Part shown: one piece after another, positions 14,470-14,588 of the stretch | Numbering within the stretch: the first letter of the stretch is position 1 | Layout of the letters: each line of letters starts with the position of its first letter | Source of the DNA: Okeania sp. | GTDB lineage: Bacteria > Cyanobacteriota > Cyanobacteriia > Cyanobacteriales > Microcoleaceae | Assembly (NCBI RefSeq): GCF_035285525.1 | Contig: NZ_JAYKGW010000259.1 | Span: 1-14,588 of the forward strand | Direction of reading: 5' to 3' | Length of the DNA: 14,588 nt | Notes under the pieces: model-generated | Seen by the model: the letters and a program-made list of their open reading frames with translations, nothing else | The model's database searches: none | Told to the model about the DNA's origin: nothing | Position numbers and translations under genes: made by a program

Positions 14470-14588
14470 CTACCTTGTCCTCCTTGTCTACCTTGTCCTC
14501 CTTGTCTACCTTGTCCTCCTTGTCTACCTTGTCCTCCTTGTCTACCTTGTCCTCCTTGTCTACCTTGTCCTCCTTGTCTACCTTGTCC
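14470..14588. repeat. 18-bp tandem repeat CTACCTTGTCCTCCTTGT x 6.6, running off the window edge (two 9-mer half-units CCTTGTCYW)
   Basis: Perfect copies starting at 14470, 14488, 14506, 14524, 14542, 14560 and 14578. Whether the array is coding cannot be decided from the window. Confidence 0.95.

Overview
AT-rich chromosomal segment that looks like a filamentous, Nostocales-type cyanobacterium. Support: HIP1 octamers GCGATCGC at 1521-1528, 5925-5932 and 8231-8238, a small protein that resembles a cyanobacteria-restricted family, and intergenic DNA saturated with hairpin repeats and MITE-like elements. Eight CDSs are credible: (1) a membrane PAS histidine kinase, 626-2707 +; (2) a zinc-ribbon plus FGE-sulfatase/C-type-lectin-fold protein, 3146-3943 -; (3) uvrB, 3986-5986 -; (4) a thioredoxin-like [2Fe-2S] ferredoxin-domain protein, 6467-7108 -; (5) an 81-aa Asr1405/Asl0597-like protein, 7275-7520 -; (6) a Dps ferritin-like protein, 7801-8340 +; (7) an MBL-fold protein, 9072-9842 +; (8) a 1085-aa protein with four Calx-beta modules, 9919-13176 -. 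I found no tRNA, rRNA, CRISPR array, transposase, reverse transcriptase or recognisable multi-gene defence operon. Both window ends (1-625 and 13177-14588) and all larger spacers are non-coding repeat landscapes built from about five families. I do not see a clear novel multi-gene system. The best leads are single-gene or structural oddities: an ethylene-receptor-like sensor domain with its Cu/ethylene ligands naturally replaced; a C-terminus in the FGE/CLec-fold protein that resembles a DGR variable region, with no template repeat or RT in view; the leaderless giant Calx-beta protein with an N-terminal RTX-like motif and an unassignable central domain; a G-quadruplex-forming octamer array upstream of uvrB; a 144-nt nested-palindrome (cloverleaf-like) element; and an 18-bp tandem array at the right edge that reads as Gly-X-Y on the minus strand. 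All family assignments come from motif recognition by eye. No searches were run.
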